A DNA stretch of 64,000 nt from Podarcis bocagei (taxonomy: Eukaryota): assembly GCA_964188305.1 (NCBI GenBank), contig OZ076892.1. The stretch is one strand, 5' to 3'. The first letter of the stretch is position 1. Each line of letters starts with the position of its first letter. A model generated the notes under the pieces. That model saw only the letters and a program-made list of their open reading frames with translations. It made no database searches and was not told the DNA's origin. Made by a program: the position numbers and the translations under genes. Shown here piece after piece: positions 53,501 to 64,000 of the stretch.

Positions 53501-54383
53501 TTCCTCTAAACCAGGCTGCTGAGTTTCTGCACTCATTCCTCTCGTCCTCTCCACCTCCCATCCTGTTTTCCATTCGCACCAATCCTGTACCCCCTTTTCT
53601 CAGCCACGTACCAATAACACTGGACCCACCTCCAAAATCTTCAGAAGAACATTCCCTCTCGCACTAACAATTCATATCTGTGCAATAATTTACATATTAA
53701 TCCTGACGCAGAATGTTCAGATTAGAAGAACTGTGGAGTTTTTAGGGAAGATTAAAATAATAATTTTGTTAACTGATGAAGCCATTTTTCAGTGTATAAT
53801 TCTACAATGTAATTTTCTGAATATCTATATGATGTTTGCCCTCAATTTCCTTACACATCTGGTATTTAGCAGGTGCCCAGATTCCCAAATAAATCAGAAT
53901 CATGCCAATAAAAGATAGAAAATAAAAGAGGCACATATAAATCTTTAATTGCAGTGAACTCTGTAGAAAGGAATAATCATTACACGTCAAGGCACCTAAA
54001 GGGTTCTCTTTAAAAAACTGTATGACATACGGCTTTTCTATATATTTATGCCTTTTTAAAAAAAATTGGATCTATTGTAGCTATATATTTAAAAACACAT
54101 ACAAGTTGATTATATATATATATATAATTTAGCCGATCCAATAGAATAGATCTCCCCCCCCCCCGGCCCCATTATTCTGTATCTATGATACCTTAAAGTA
54201 TGATTTGGAACTGGGATAACTGATTATGGGTTGGACTTAATTTGGCTGTGACAGATGACAATAGATAAGAAGATAGACAGACACAGACAAGAAAGCCAAA
54301 ATAAGAGAAAGTAAAAGGAAAGAGAGACACAGTTATTAATATTGCACCACAATTTGGCAGGGGACGGCAAATGTTTCTTAATT

Positions 54384-54951
54384 ATGCAATTTGTTTGCAT
54401 CTGAAAATGTCGATGCAAATCTATGCAAACATATTTAGAAACAGAGTTATTATTTATGGCCTACCACTTCATTCCTGTTAAGGCTCTTTTTAAAAACTGC
54501 AGGCAGCGGGCCCGATCGGCTGTTTCACAATAGTCCTTTTACACTGCATAAGTGCTTTGAAGTGCTCTTGGTGTAATGGAAAATGAAGGACGCAATGTAG
54601 TGATGTATATTATTTATAGGTTTGTAAATCGATCCCTTTATATTTATTGAACTGTATTCTGGAGATAGATACCGGATATTATTGATACGGATGAATGTAT
54701 TTACTGACTGATCCTGTTATTGATAGATCCATTACAGACGCTCAAAACAAAAGACACTTTCAAATGTGGAATTATATGTAGAGTTAACTCGTTTTGTTTT
54801 CATTATTGGAGCACTGATCTTGTTTTTTACAGATGTGTTGATCTCGAGCAAGGCATCTGCTATTTAGGACAGGTGTATATATTTGCATAATACTGTACTG
54901 TACTGATAGGGAAAGGCAAACTGAGGGACTTTACATACAAATCTTCAATTG

Positions 54952-55004
<53 letters not shown>

Positions 55005-55340
55005 TAACTGCTATACCTACAATTCCAAAAGGTTCTGTTTTAAAGATACTGTACAGGCTGGATGTATCTTGATACATCCATTTACAAATCAATCTGCTGT
55101 TTACGGATTAACTGGATCTATATATTTACAAGCAAATCCATCTTTTTCTAGCTACATTTTAAAAACTTTTCAACAACTGTCATTTATAACTACCCTTATT
55201 GATTTGCAAAAAGATCGTTATATTTACATCTGGAAGATGCAGATTTAAAAATAAATTATCTAATGGGGAAATCAAGTTTTAGAAAGAGTGGTAATTAAAT
55301 TGACTGCCTCCCAGTTAACATGCATCGATTTGTAAATGAA
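54384..55340. promoter_or_regulatory. Candidate intronic enhancer: octamer quartet plus Onecut/Forkhead-like motifs
   Basis: ATGCAATT 54384, GTTTGCAT 54393, ATGCAAAT 54413, ATGCAAAC 54423, ATTTGCAT 54881; ATYGATTTGYAAA three times at 55080-55337; TRTTTAC at 54698, 55098, 55123, 55221. Confidence 0.55.
54953..55001 (+). repeat. (TA)n microsatellite
   Basis: Seen directly. Confidence 0.95.
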
Positions 55341-58300
55341 TCTCTTGGTCACACAATTACACAGACTGCACAACAGATAAATTGTACACCAGGAACAAGA
55401 ACGACGATGGGTTTTTACTAATTGTTATTGGGGCCTGCTCTTCGTTTTAAGATGTGCGGCTGCCTTTCTATCGCTCTCCTCTTCTATCTGTCTGTAATTT
55501 TTACTCTTTCTTTTAAAAATTCCAGCTGTTCAGGAGAGCCAAGGTGAACGACAGAACGAATCCTTTTATGCACCTCTTTCTATGATTTCTTCCTTTCCCG
55601 GATCCCTCTATTCTTCCAGGGCTAGAATGTGAGGCTGCTTTGCTTGTGATAAAGCAAACAGACCCCTGATTTCAGATACATTTTCCCTTTCTGCCTCCCC
55701 GATACGCCCTCACACCAACCACATCCCTGGCCTTCTGGCCACCACCACCCTAGAGAAAAATATGGTAAAGGTGTGTTTGGGGGGTGGGTGGGAAGCATCT
55801 AATTCCCACTGAAACTGACACCAAAGTGGTGCGAGGGTGGGGGGATGGAGTGTTTGATGGCTGAAGGGTATGACTGCTTTTTCTCTCTCTCCCTTCCCCT
55901 CCTCCCCAGGTGACATTCATGGAATAAATGACCTGGACTCTTTGTCGGGTGAGATGGAGCTGGCGGTCAGTTTCTTGACCAGGAAATGGCTGCTCTTATG
56001 TAGCAGTGGAGAACTAGGGATCGCTTTTTCCACTAACGCGTCATCTCTCACAATTGGGAGTAAAGCACCCCACTAAACCTAAATTAAGAGTCTGGGTTCG
56101 GATTAAATAAAAGAAAACTACTTATTTATTTTTAAAGGCTCTCTCTGTGCCACTGCATCTCACATTCTGGATTTTAGGAAAGCCAGGTCGAAAAGAGGCA
56201 CCTTCCGTTCCCAGCAGAAATACGACTTCCAGCGCGGCCTAAGGGCGAAATATAGTTTGGACAAAGGGGACCAAGTCTGATGGTATAATAGGAACGGAAT
56301 TTGGAGGGGTTTTGTCAGAGAGGTTGGGAAGGAGGTATAGCCAAAGGAAACATAAAAGGAGAGAAATGGGTGATAGAAAGGGGAGTGGATATGGGGGGTG
56401 AATAATGCAATGACAATTAGAGGGGAAAGTAGAGGAAATTAAAAGGGAAGGTGAGGAAAAAACAGCAAAAGAGCAAGAATAAAAGGTATGGCGCACAAAA
56501 CACGGAACTGGCAAAATCGTGCAGAGGTTTCAAAGAATATACGGATCATATATAAGGATGGATGGAGGGATGTGGCAAAATATATACATATATACTTAAA
56601 AGTCCTGGTGCTCAGGACAGGGGAGAACGAGGACATTATAAGGGTGTCAACATCTTGTCAGGCTGCCACACAGTTCCAGACAGACAAGGGCAGGCACCGA
56701 GAAGCTCAGAGAGCAGCGTGTATTGGGACTGGAAATGTAGGGAAATGGGGCAGCAAAGGACACCCTGTTGCCAAGGGACCGGTAAACAGGTCGCTTGAGG
56801 AAATCGCAGGCCAGTCCCTGGAAGGGCTTCCGCACTGGACCTAACCAGTAGGGTGAGCTGTAGAGGAAGACAAGGGGCAGAGGCACTGCAGCGCTGAAAG
56901 GGTTACTGAGGCACCCGCACATACAAATGCACATACACATGCCAGGCAGCAATAAAAAAAAGGTCACTGCAGAGAAATGAGGTCTCACTTGACAACAGCA
57001 GATGCACACCCAACAGAAAAAGGCAGACACACACACAAGCAACCGCACCGACCCACAGAGCAACACACAACAACAGAACAGTGCGGCGCTTCTCCTCTGA
57101 CCCTATGCGTAGCATCTAGCGGACACTGGGGGTAGGCAGGAGAAAGACAAGGCTGTACTAAATACATAAAGCAATACAATTACATCACGGGAGTCAGACA
57201 CACAGACAACACACAGCAGATGTGGGTGCCATAAAATAAAATAAAAGGACACTGATTCAACACCACACTTCTATAGGGGACGTCTCCAAATATATATATT
57301 CAGCGTTACTGCCTGCCGATACTCGTCAGCACATTGTATTGCACACACGGGGATGGTGTCCTCTTTCAATTTATACTCGTGGGTTCTAATCCAGATTAGT
57401 GATTGCAAAAACTCCAGGGGAGATTCCGCAATCATTGCGGATCAACAATCATGCAGAGTAAAGGAGTGATCTTGTGTACATGGCTTCAAGCTTTAACCAT
57501 TCTGCCTTCGCCACTAGGCCCAGCTCTCACAAAATCAGGGGCACTCCAATCCCCTCAGTCACTATGGCTCCTCATGAGAGAAATCCGACGCAGAAACGCA
57601 AATTCTAGCTCATAGCTCCCTCCTCAAACCCAGTCGGGGTTACCACCTGCAAGGAGCTGCAACTCTTCCAGATTTAAAAAAAAATCAACCCAGATTATTG
57701 GGATGTAATTTTGAAATACAGTGTTTCAGTGATAGGTCTATGAAAACAAGGCCTAGTAAACATATGTGGGGGGAGACCATGACCGGCCCTATCATGAGGT
57801 AGAGTGAAGCAGCCACCTGAGGCAGGTTTCGGATGCCAGGAAAAGGCAGCAAATTGTGAATCATTTGATTTTTTATTGTTTTATAGGAAGTGGGGGCTCT
57901 TGTGAAATATTCCAGTTAGGAGCCAATTAACTATGCACCTTGGCTTGAGAAGGGAGGGTGAGGGACATTTGCTCTTCTCCCTCCCGCAGCAAAATGTCAG
58001 GGGGCGAGCCCAACCTTTTGACAGGACCAGACCTGAAGGGGAGAATGAGACATTCTCTGCAGTTTAGGCAAAAGGAGCTCTTCCCGTGATTTGCACCCCA
58101 AACCCGAAAGGGAATAACCCTTTGCAGAATCCAAGGAAAAGGCAGTAATAGCAAAGAGATTTCGGAAGTGTCTGGTGACTAAAGGACTTGTTCCAAGAAG
58201 GACTCGCTCCATTATATCAACAGACGCACACACCACAAGGCCACGCACAAAACAAGAGGGCACGACAATGTATCGCCGCTACCGCTTGACACACTTCAAC

Positions 58301-59433
58301 AACCCTTTCGTACACACACAGGGCACACACCCATTATCACTTAATGCAGATTAATTACCCCATAGTGAGCTTTAATCACACTGTACTCACAACCCAGTGA
58401 TAAAAGGCTGGGAGGGGGGTGTTCACCCTTTCAATCCATGTTTATGGATGAAGTAAAAGATTCTAATCCACATTAGCGAACAAGGAGGTGTTAGTCCCCC
58501 CCCCCGATTAATTAATATGGAGCACAAGCGTTTGAACTTGAGTGCACAAGATTAGGGTAATGAAAGAATGATAGAAGGTTAGAGTTCTTTCCAGAGTTTG
58601 ACTTAATCTTTATACGTGTGGTGGCAGTTCCAGTCTATTTTGTGAGGATTAATCTAGGAAAATACAGGTGTTTCCCCATAAATAATCTGAACCAAAACTG
58701 TGTGGTCTTTTTTATGCGTTCAAGGAAACTTACCAGCCCCACAACTGACATGCCAATTCAGACACACAAGGAACAGAAAGGGATGCAATCTATATAGGAA
58801 AATGTAAACTCCCATAGATGACAAATAGATGGATTATGCACACCCACGGGGGCAATTTGTACACTTGCAGGGACATAAGACACACACACACACACATCTC
58901 AAATTGCAGAGGCCTGAATGGGGATATTTAAGAAGAATTAAAAGCTGTTGTGTCACCCAACAATGCAACTGGCAGGGGAAAGGACTGTTACAAAACTCTT
59001 TGCGGCTTCTGCATTTATTAGGTTTTTGCAGAACCTACTCCAGAGTAATTTCCACTTCTCCCTGTCACAAAAGTAAGACCTGTGAATTATCTACCAGCGC
59101 TGCTTACGGGTAGACTTGCAACTGCTTAAAGAAAAATGCAACAGTGCTGTTGGTGCTTTAAGCAGCCAAGAGGTGAAAATTTGGTGTCTTAAATGAACCC
59201 ACTGACAAAGCACAGGGGGGAGGTCAGTGGCAAGCAGCCTAGTATGTTGCAAGCTTCACTTACACCAGTGCCCACCTGTCAGGACTAAGGGGGTCTTTAC
59301 AGCATATAACCACTGCTCCCAATTTCCCCATGGCAATGTCCTGTAAGTGCCCAGCCCATCTCACCCCACAAGAAAAGCCCAGTTAGTCATTTCTGAACTC
59401 CAAGTAACTATGGACAAGTTAGGGAATGCCAAT

Positions 59434-59435
<2 letters not shown>

Positions 59436-59470
<35 letters not shown>
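59436..59470 (+). repeat. (GA)n microsatellite
   Basis: Seen directly. Confidence 0.95.
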
Positions 59471-59472
<2 letters not shown>

Positions 59473-61381
59473 CGCCAAGGATATGCCAGGCTCTGGGACA
59501 GCAGACCAGAAGGCATCCCTCAATTCGCTCACTCTCTAAAAACTCAAGAAACAGAAATAGCATCTGTTTTGGAAAACTGGGACGGTGTTCCAACTTGGCC
59601 TGGGAGACAGCTATCGCACCAAACCTGAATTTGGGGAGTAGGTGGCTCTGGATTTGGGGGTTCAGGACGGCTGAAGGTAACAGCCACACCCCTAGATCCA
59701 TTAATCTTAACCCTATTCTTAGGAGATGTGTTCCCTCCTATCTCCCTTCCTCACATCCCACACACGCAATTTCGAAATTTTTGTCCATCGTTCTTTTGGC
59801 TCTATCTTTCTGTCTCTCTCTGCCCCACTGAATCCAGACCACTGAACCCCCTTCCTTTACCAGGAGCTCCCCTCTCTTCTATCCAGCGGTCTCCTTTCTT
59901 TCTTACCCAACTCTCCTCCCTGCCTCAGCCACACACCCTACCCCCCCATATCCACCTCCTCTCACCTTCCCCTCATATAGGTCCCCTTCTCATACACTCC
60001 CCCACCCCGAAAAAAACACAGCCCCGTCAGAATCTGACCTCTTCACCCATCCAGCCACTACCCCAGGTCTCCCCTGCGCCCCCCCCCACGCTCCCACCTC
60101 CTCCAGATCCTGGCAATATCTCTCCCTCCACACAATAGCTGCCATGGGCTGCTAATAATTATTAATAACATTCTTCCTTTCCTCCCTCTTCTCCACCCCC
60201 ACCCCGTCCATGGACAAAAGAAGAGTCCAGTTCTCGTTGTATGTATCTGCCTCCCCCTCCTCGCTTCGGCCATTGCACCTTCTTCCCCCCCCTCCAACAA
60301 CCTTCACTTTCTCCCCCCCCCCCACCGGTTCTTTGGACAATCCAAACCATTCCATCTTCGGTTCGCACACACACACCCCGCATTATGCAACTTGAGTTTA
60401 TAATAGAGAGGGGTCTAATATACTCACTTATATCCCAATAAACACAGGACACCCCCCTTAGTGTATGAAAGCAATCGCTGCTAATGCACAGCACAACCCC
60501 CCCCCCTTTTCGGGGGCGGGCGGCGGGGGGGTTAGGAATCCAAATATTGCAACACATTTCCTAACAATATATGCCCGCTTTGCAAAACCGTAAACGCCGG
60601 AGCCACAACCCCCCATCTCCTCAGGTTCCTTCTGTCTATTCCTTCTTTTTTCCCCTCCCTTCTTTCTTCCATCGCCAGAGCATCAAAAGCCGAGCCACCG
60701 CCACCGAAAAGCAGAGAGACATTTACAGAAAATCCTCTACAGCGTTTTCTCTGTCTTCTGATTTTATTTTCATCCGTGCAAAAAAAACCTATATAGATAT
60801 ATATTTTTTAAACATTCGCTCAGTGCACAAAGCCATTTGCAAAAGGAAAGAACGGCCAGCAAATATCATTTTTTGCCATTGCAAAAAACGCCTCCCCTTT
60901 GCAATGAATAAAAATGCCCTTTAAAAACACGCCTGTATCATTTTTGCATTTTATTTGTTTTTGTAAAAAAATAAAAATAAAATGCATTTTTATATATGCA
61001 TCTCTCCGTTATTATTTTTCCCTCTTTGCAATTTTTTTTGTCCGTTTCCTTAAAGGCTGAGCCACAGACACCAGCAAAAATAATATGCCAGGGAGAGGAA
61101 AAAAAGAAAGCTCTTGGAAGGAACAATTGCAGCTGCTGTGTTGAGAGACGAAGAGAGAGAAAGGAATAGACTGCCTTGTGTGTGTGTGTGTGCGTGTGTG
61201 TGTGTGTGCAATAGACCAGCTGCTGCATTAAGCATTTTGCAATCAATAAAGAGCGGGTGAGATTTATGCAAAGCGCAGATATTAATATGCAAAGTTTTAA
61301 AGATTTTTAAATGGGAGAGAGAGGGAAGGAGACAGGGAGGAGGAGGCGGGGTGGGGGGGATTGCATAGAGACTGCACCTAC

Positions 61382-61427
61382 CTCTGCTTCCATCGGTGGG
61401 CGCAAGCTGACTCCTCCATGCGCGCAT
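61382..61427 (-). CDS. Candidate coding end of the distal first exon (MRAWRSQLAPTDGSR, phase 1); may instead be a non-coding 5'UTR exon
   Basis: Donor GAG|GTAGGT (acctac 61376-61381) just downstream of a CpG-island promoter. The ATG at 61427 gives 46 nt (phase 1); ATGs at 61419 and 61393 give phases 2 and 0. Confidence 0.35.
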
Positions 61428-61720
61428 GGGTGCAGCCCAGATACACAGGGGCTGAGGGGGAAGCAGCAGCAATAGCAGAAGCGGCGGCGGCGGCGGCGGC
61501 AGCAGTCAGAGCGCGAGCCAGGGCGCGCGCCGGATTCTCTCCATCATTTCCCCCCTCCCCTCCCCATTCCCCGGCTACGGTTGCCCGGGCAACGAGAAAG
61601 ATGCAGCAGCATCAGCACCAGGATGAAAGATGCTCAGGGCAGCAACAGCAGATGGGGATGGAGATGGGGCGCGCGTGAAAGGGAGCCCTGATTGGAGGGG
61701 GGAGCAGATGGGAGGGAAGA
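61382..61720 (-). promoter_or_regulatory. CpG-island distal promoter and first exon with CCAAT box and RFX X-box
   Basis: CpG-dense; CCAATCAG on minus (ctgattgg 61688-61695); perfect palindromic X-box GTTGCCCGGGCAAC 61580-61593; (GCG)n 61481-61500; splice donor at 61381. Confidence 0.65.
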
Positions 61721-64000
61721 AATAAGAGGAGCTTCCGAATTTTAGAGTGGGGGGGGGGCTGTTTCCAAATTTGTTAAACTGAGGGACTGGGGGGGGAGCG
61801 GGTCTTTGGCAGAGGGAGAAAGAAAAATGCCCAGAGTGTTTTCAGCTGGGGCAGGGACGGGGGGAGGGTGGGGGGCGGGGGAGAAATGAAGGAAGGGGCA
61901 ATACAGAAAGGTGAGGGTTATTTACGATCTGGAAATGAGGTGTAGGGAAGGAGGGCATCAAAGTCGGGGGCATGAGAAAGGTGCTTCTGAACTTTAAGAC
62001 GGGTGGGGGGGCGGAATTATAAGATTCAGGACAGGGTTAGGGTAAAAAAGCCTTAGGAGTTGGGTGAGAGGGGAAAGCTCTCTTGAGTCCTAGAGCAGGA
62101 TGAGCCCCCCCCCCCCCGCTTAAAATGGGAAGGAAAATAGGAGTGGGAAAACGGCAGGACTTCGGAGAGTAGGAGAGGCTAATGGCGAGGTTCTATTTGG
62201 GCATGCTTAGGATCCTGGGGTGTATTGTATGCAGTGTGTGTGTGTGTGTGTGGTCTGTAAACACCTTCCTTCCGCCCTCTCCTTATTTTTCACCTTCACA
62301 CTATCACTAAATACAAAATTAGGAAGAGTTTTAATGCTCTATGCAACTATGCAAAAGTTTTCTTTCTACGTTGCTCCCGTCTGCATAGATCTGCCTTCTA
62401 GACAGAAATGGAGAGGAAATAATTCTGTGTAGTCTTTCACAAAGGGGCCATGAAAAAGACCTGGTGATAAAGAACGTAACCTTTTATAGAAACTGAAGGA
62501 CTTGTATAGATAATCCTAATTCAGAATTTAACATTTTGTCACGCAGGGAAAACATGCTGCCCACTTTGGAGATTTGAAATATGTAATTAGTATTCTGGGG
62601 AATCAAAGGTAATATAATCTGGACAGGAACATTGCTGAAGGGGATTAGGTGTTCTTGTAGAATGTTATACTCAGGATTTCAAATTATTGTATCCTGACTA
62701 GCAAGCGCAAAAGATGCATATAAGAAGTTATTATAAAAGAAGGTAGAGTAAAAACAATAAAAACAATATATAGAACAGATGTTAAGGATTAAATGTAAAA
62801 TTTGGTTTTAAAAACTGTTTGAAGTAGATGTTGGAGTTAAAAGCATTTTATGGAATAATAGTCTATAGTGGAAGTAACATGTACAAAGCCTTACATAACT
62901 AACCTGTTAATGAATTTAAATCTGACATTTTTGAAGTTAAAAGTCATATATGCTAAAATAATTAAGAGGTTTCCATGAAGTGCATATTAAGAAGTAGTAG
63001 TGCGACAATTTTAAAAAGAGAAAGTTATGTTTTTATGAATGCTTTTGAATAGCAAGATAGTCATACACTCTAAATAAGATTTTATTTAAATATGCAAAAC
63101 AGTCTTTTAAAATGCATATTTATGATCCATAGTATTACCTTGAAATCAATGAAAAATGCAGCTAATATTAAATGCTTTATGTAATTGTTGACCCACAGCT
63201 GAAATTACATTTACTTAGATTATACAAGTTCCTGCATGCTACTTAGAATTTAAATGTAAATAATCATGTGGCAAAACTGAATAATCTGTGCATTTTATTA
63301 TAGTACAATATATAGATTATTATGATTATATATATATATTTATATATATATATATATAGGCACACAACAAAATATTTAATTATTTCATTTGCAAGCAGAA
63401 CAATATCAAATGACATTCATACAATCAGCACAAGGTGAATATTACTCATTGGAAAACAAAATTAGTGGGTACATTTAGGAATATTTTATTTTAAATAAAG
63501 GATTTTATGTTCAATATGCAAAAACATTTCATGTAAAATCTATTCAAGGTAAACAATATTATATGCAAAGCAAAAAATTGAAAAACCCAATGGTGTTAAC
63601 TTCTAAGAATTGATCTGTAAAGAAAATGAAATTTATAAGATTACATATGTCACTCCAGATATTATAGTTATATGTAAATCCAAGTAAAGTTTTTGCATAC
63701 AGTGAAAAAAGAAAAAGCATATCAAACTGCAGTAATTAAAAGCGGATTGCTGTTGATAAATGAACATAGGTATAAAATTGAGAACTTTATATTTAATACT
63801 CATTGATTAATTTTCAATTGATGTTATATGTAAAGGAATTAGCATAGATTAGATACAAAATGTTAAAACCTAACAAAGTTTAAACTACTGGAAATATATT
63901 TTCAATCACTTGATATGAAGAATTAATATGAAAATATGCAAAATATTATTCAGTTTCTTTCACCAAATCCAGAATTTTAAGAATAATTCCCAACACCGAA

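Larger units (their letters stand above)
61235..63945. promoter_or_regulatory. Homotypic cluster of degenerate octamer (POU) sites flanking the distal promoter
   Basis: TATGCAAA at 61265, 61286, 62348, 63091, 63515, 63562, 63692(-) and 63935; also TATGTAAA at 63671 and 63827, ATGTAAAT at 63254, TATGCTAAT(-) at 63838-63846. Confidence 0.6.

Noticed and set aside
62400-64000. Bacterial contaminant or endogenous viral coding sequence
   Set aside because: No ORF of 60 aa or more beyond 62432, contains a (TA)n run, and no motif recognised in hand translation.
1-64000. CRISPR array, rRNA or prokaryotic operon
   Set aside because: No regularly spaced repeats or rRNA motifs; the sequence is vertebrate intronic DNA.

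Overview
Vertebrate genomic DNA, very likely a lacertid lizard, judging by its squamate-type tRNA SINEs, a young L2 LINE, CR1 3' ends and hAT/Tigger MITEs. The window appears to be the 5' regulatory and first-intron half of a minus-strand POU2F2 (Oct-2) gene. No POU domain is present; the shared coding exons would lie left of position 1. The assignment rests on a 100-nt phase-1 coding exon at 25440-25341 (MFIPLPVPLVFQRSAGPENGWRLKSPLALRSAN), which I recognise from memory as resembling a non-mammalian Pou2f2 N-terminus. Three further candidate ATG-containing phase-1 first exons lie at about 61.4, 25.1 and 5.3 kb. The most striking signal is a dense cluster of one-mismatch octamer (POU) motifs around the distal promoter (61.2-64 kb) and at 54.4 kb, suggesting autoregulation. 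There are also repeated Onecut/Forkhead-like composite motifs. Nearly all ORFs in the supplied track are spurious; the only long real one is the 3' end of an L2 ORF2. One assembly gap is present (38626-38793).
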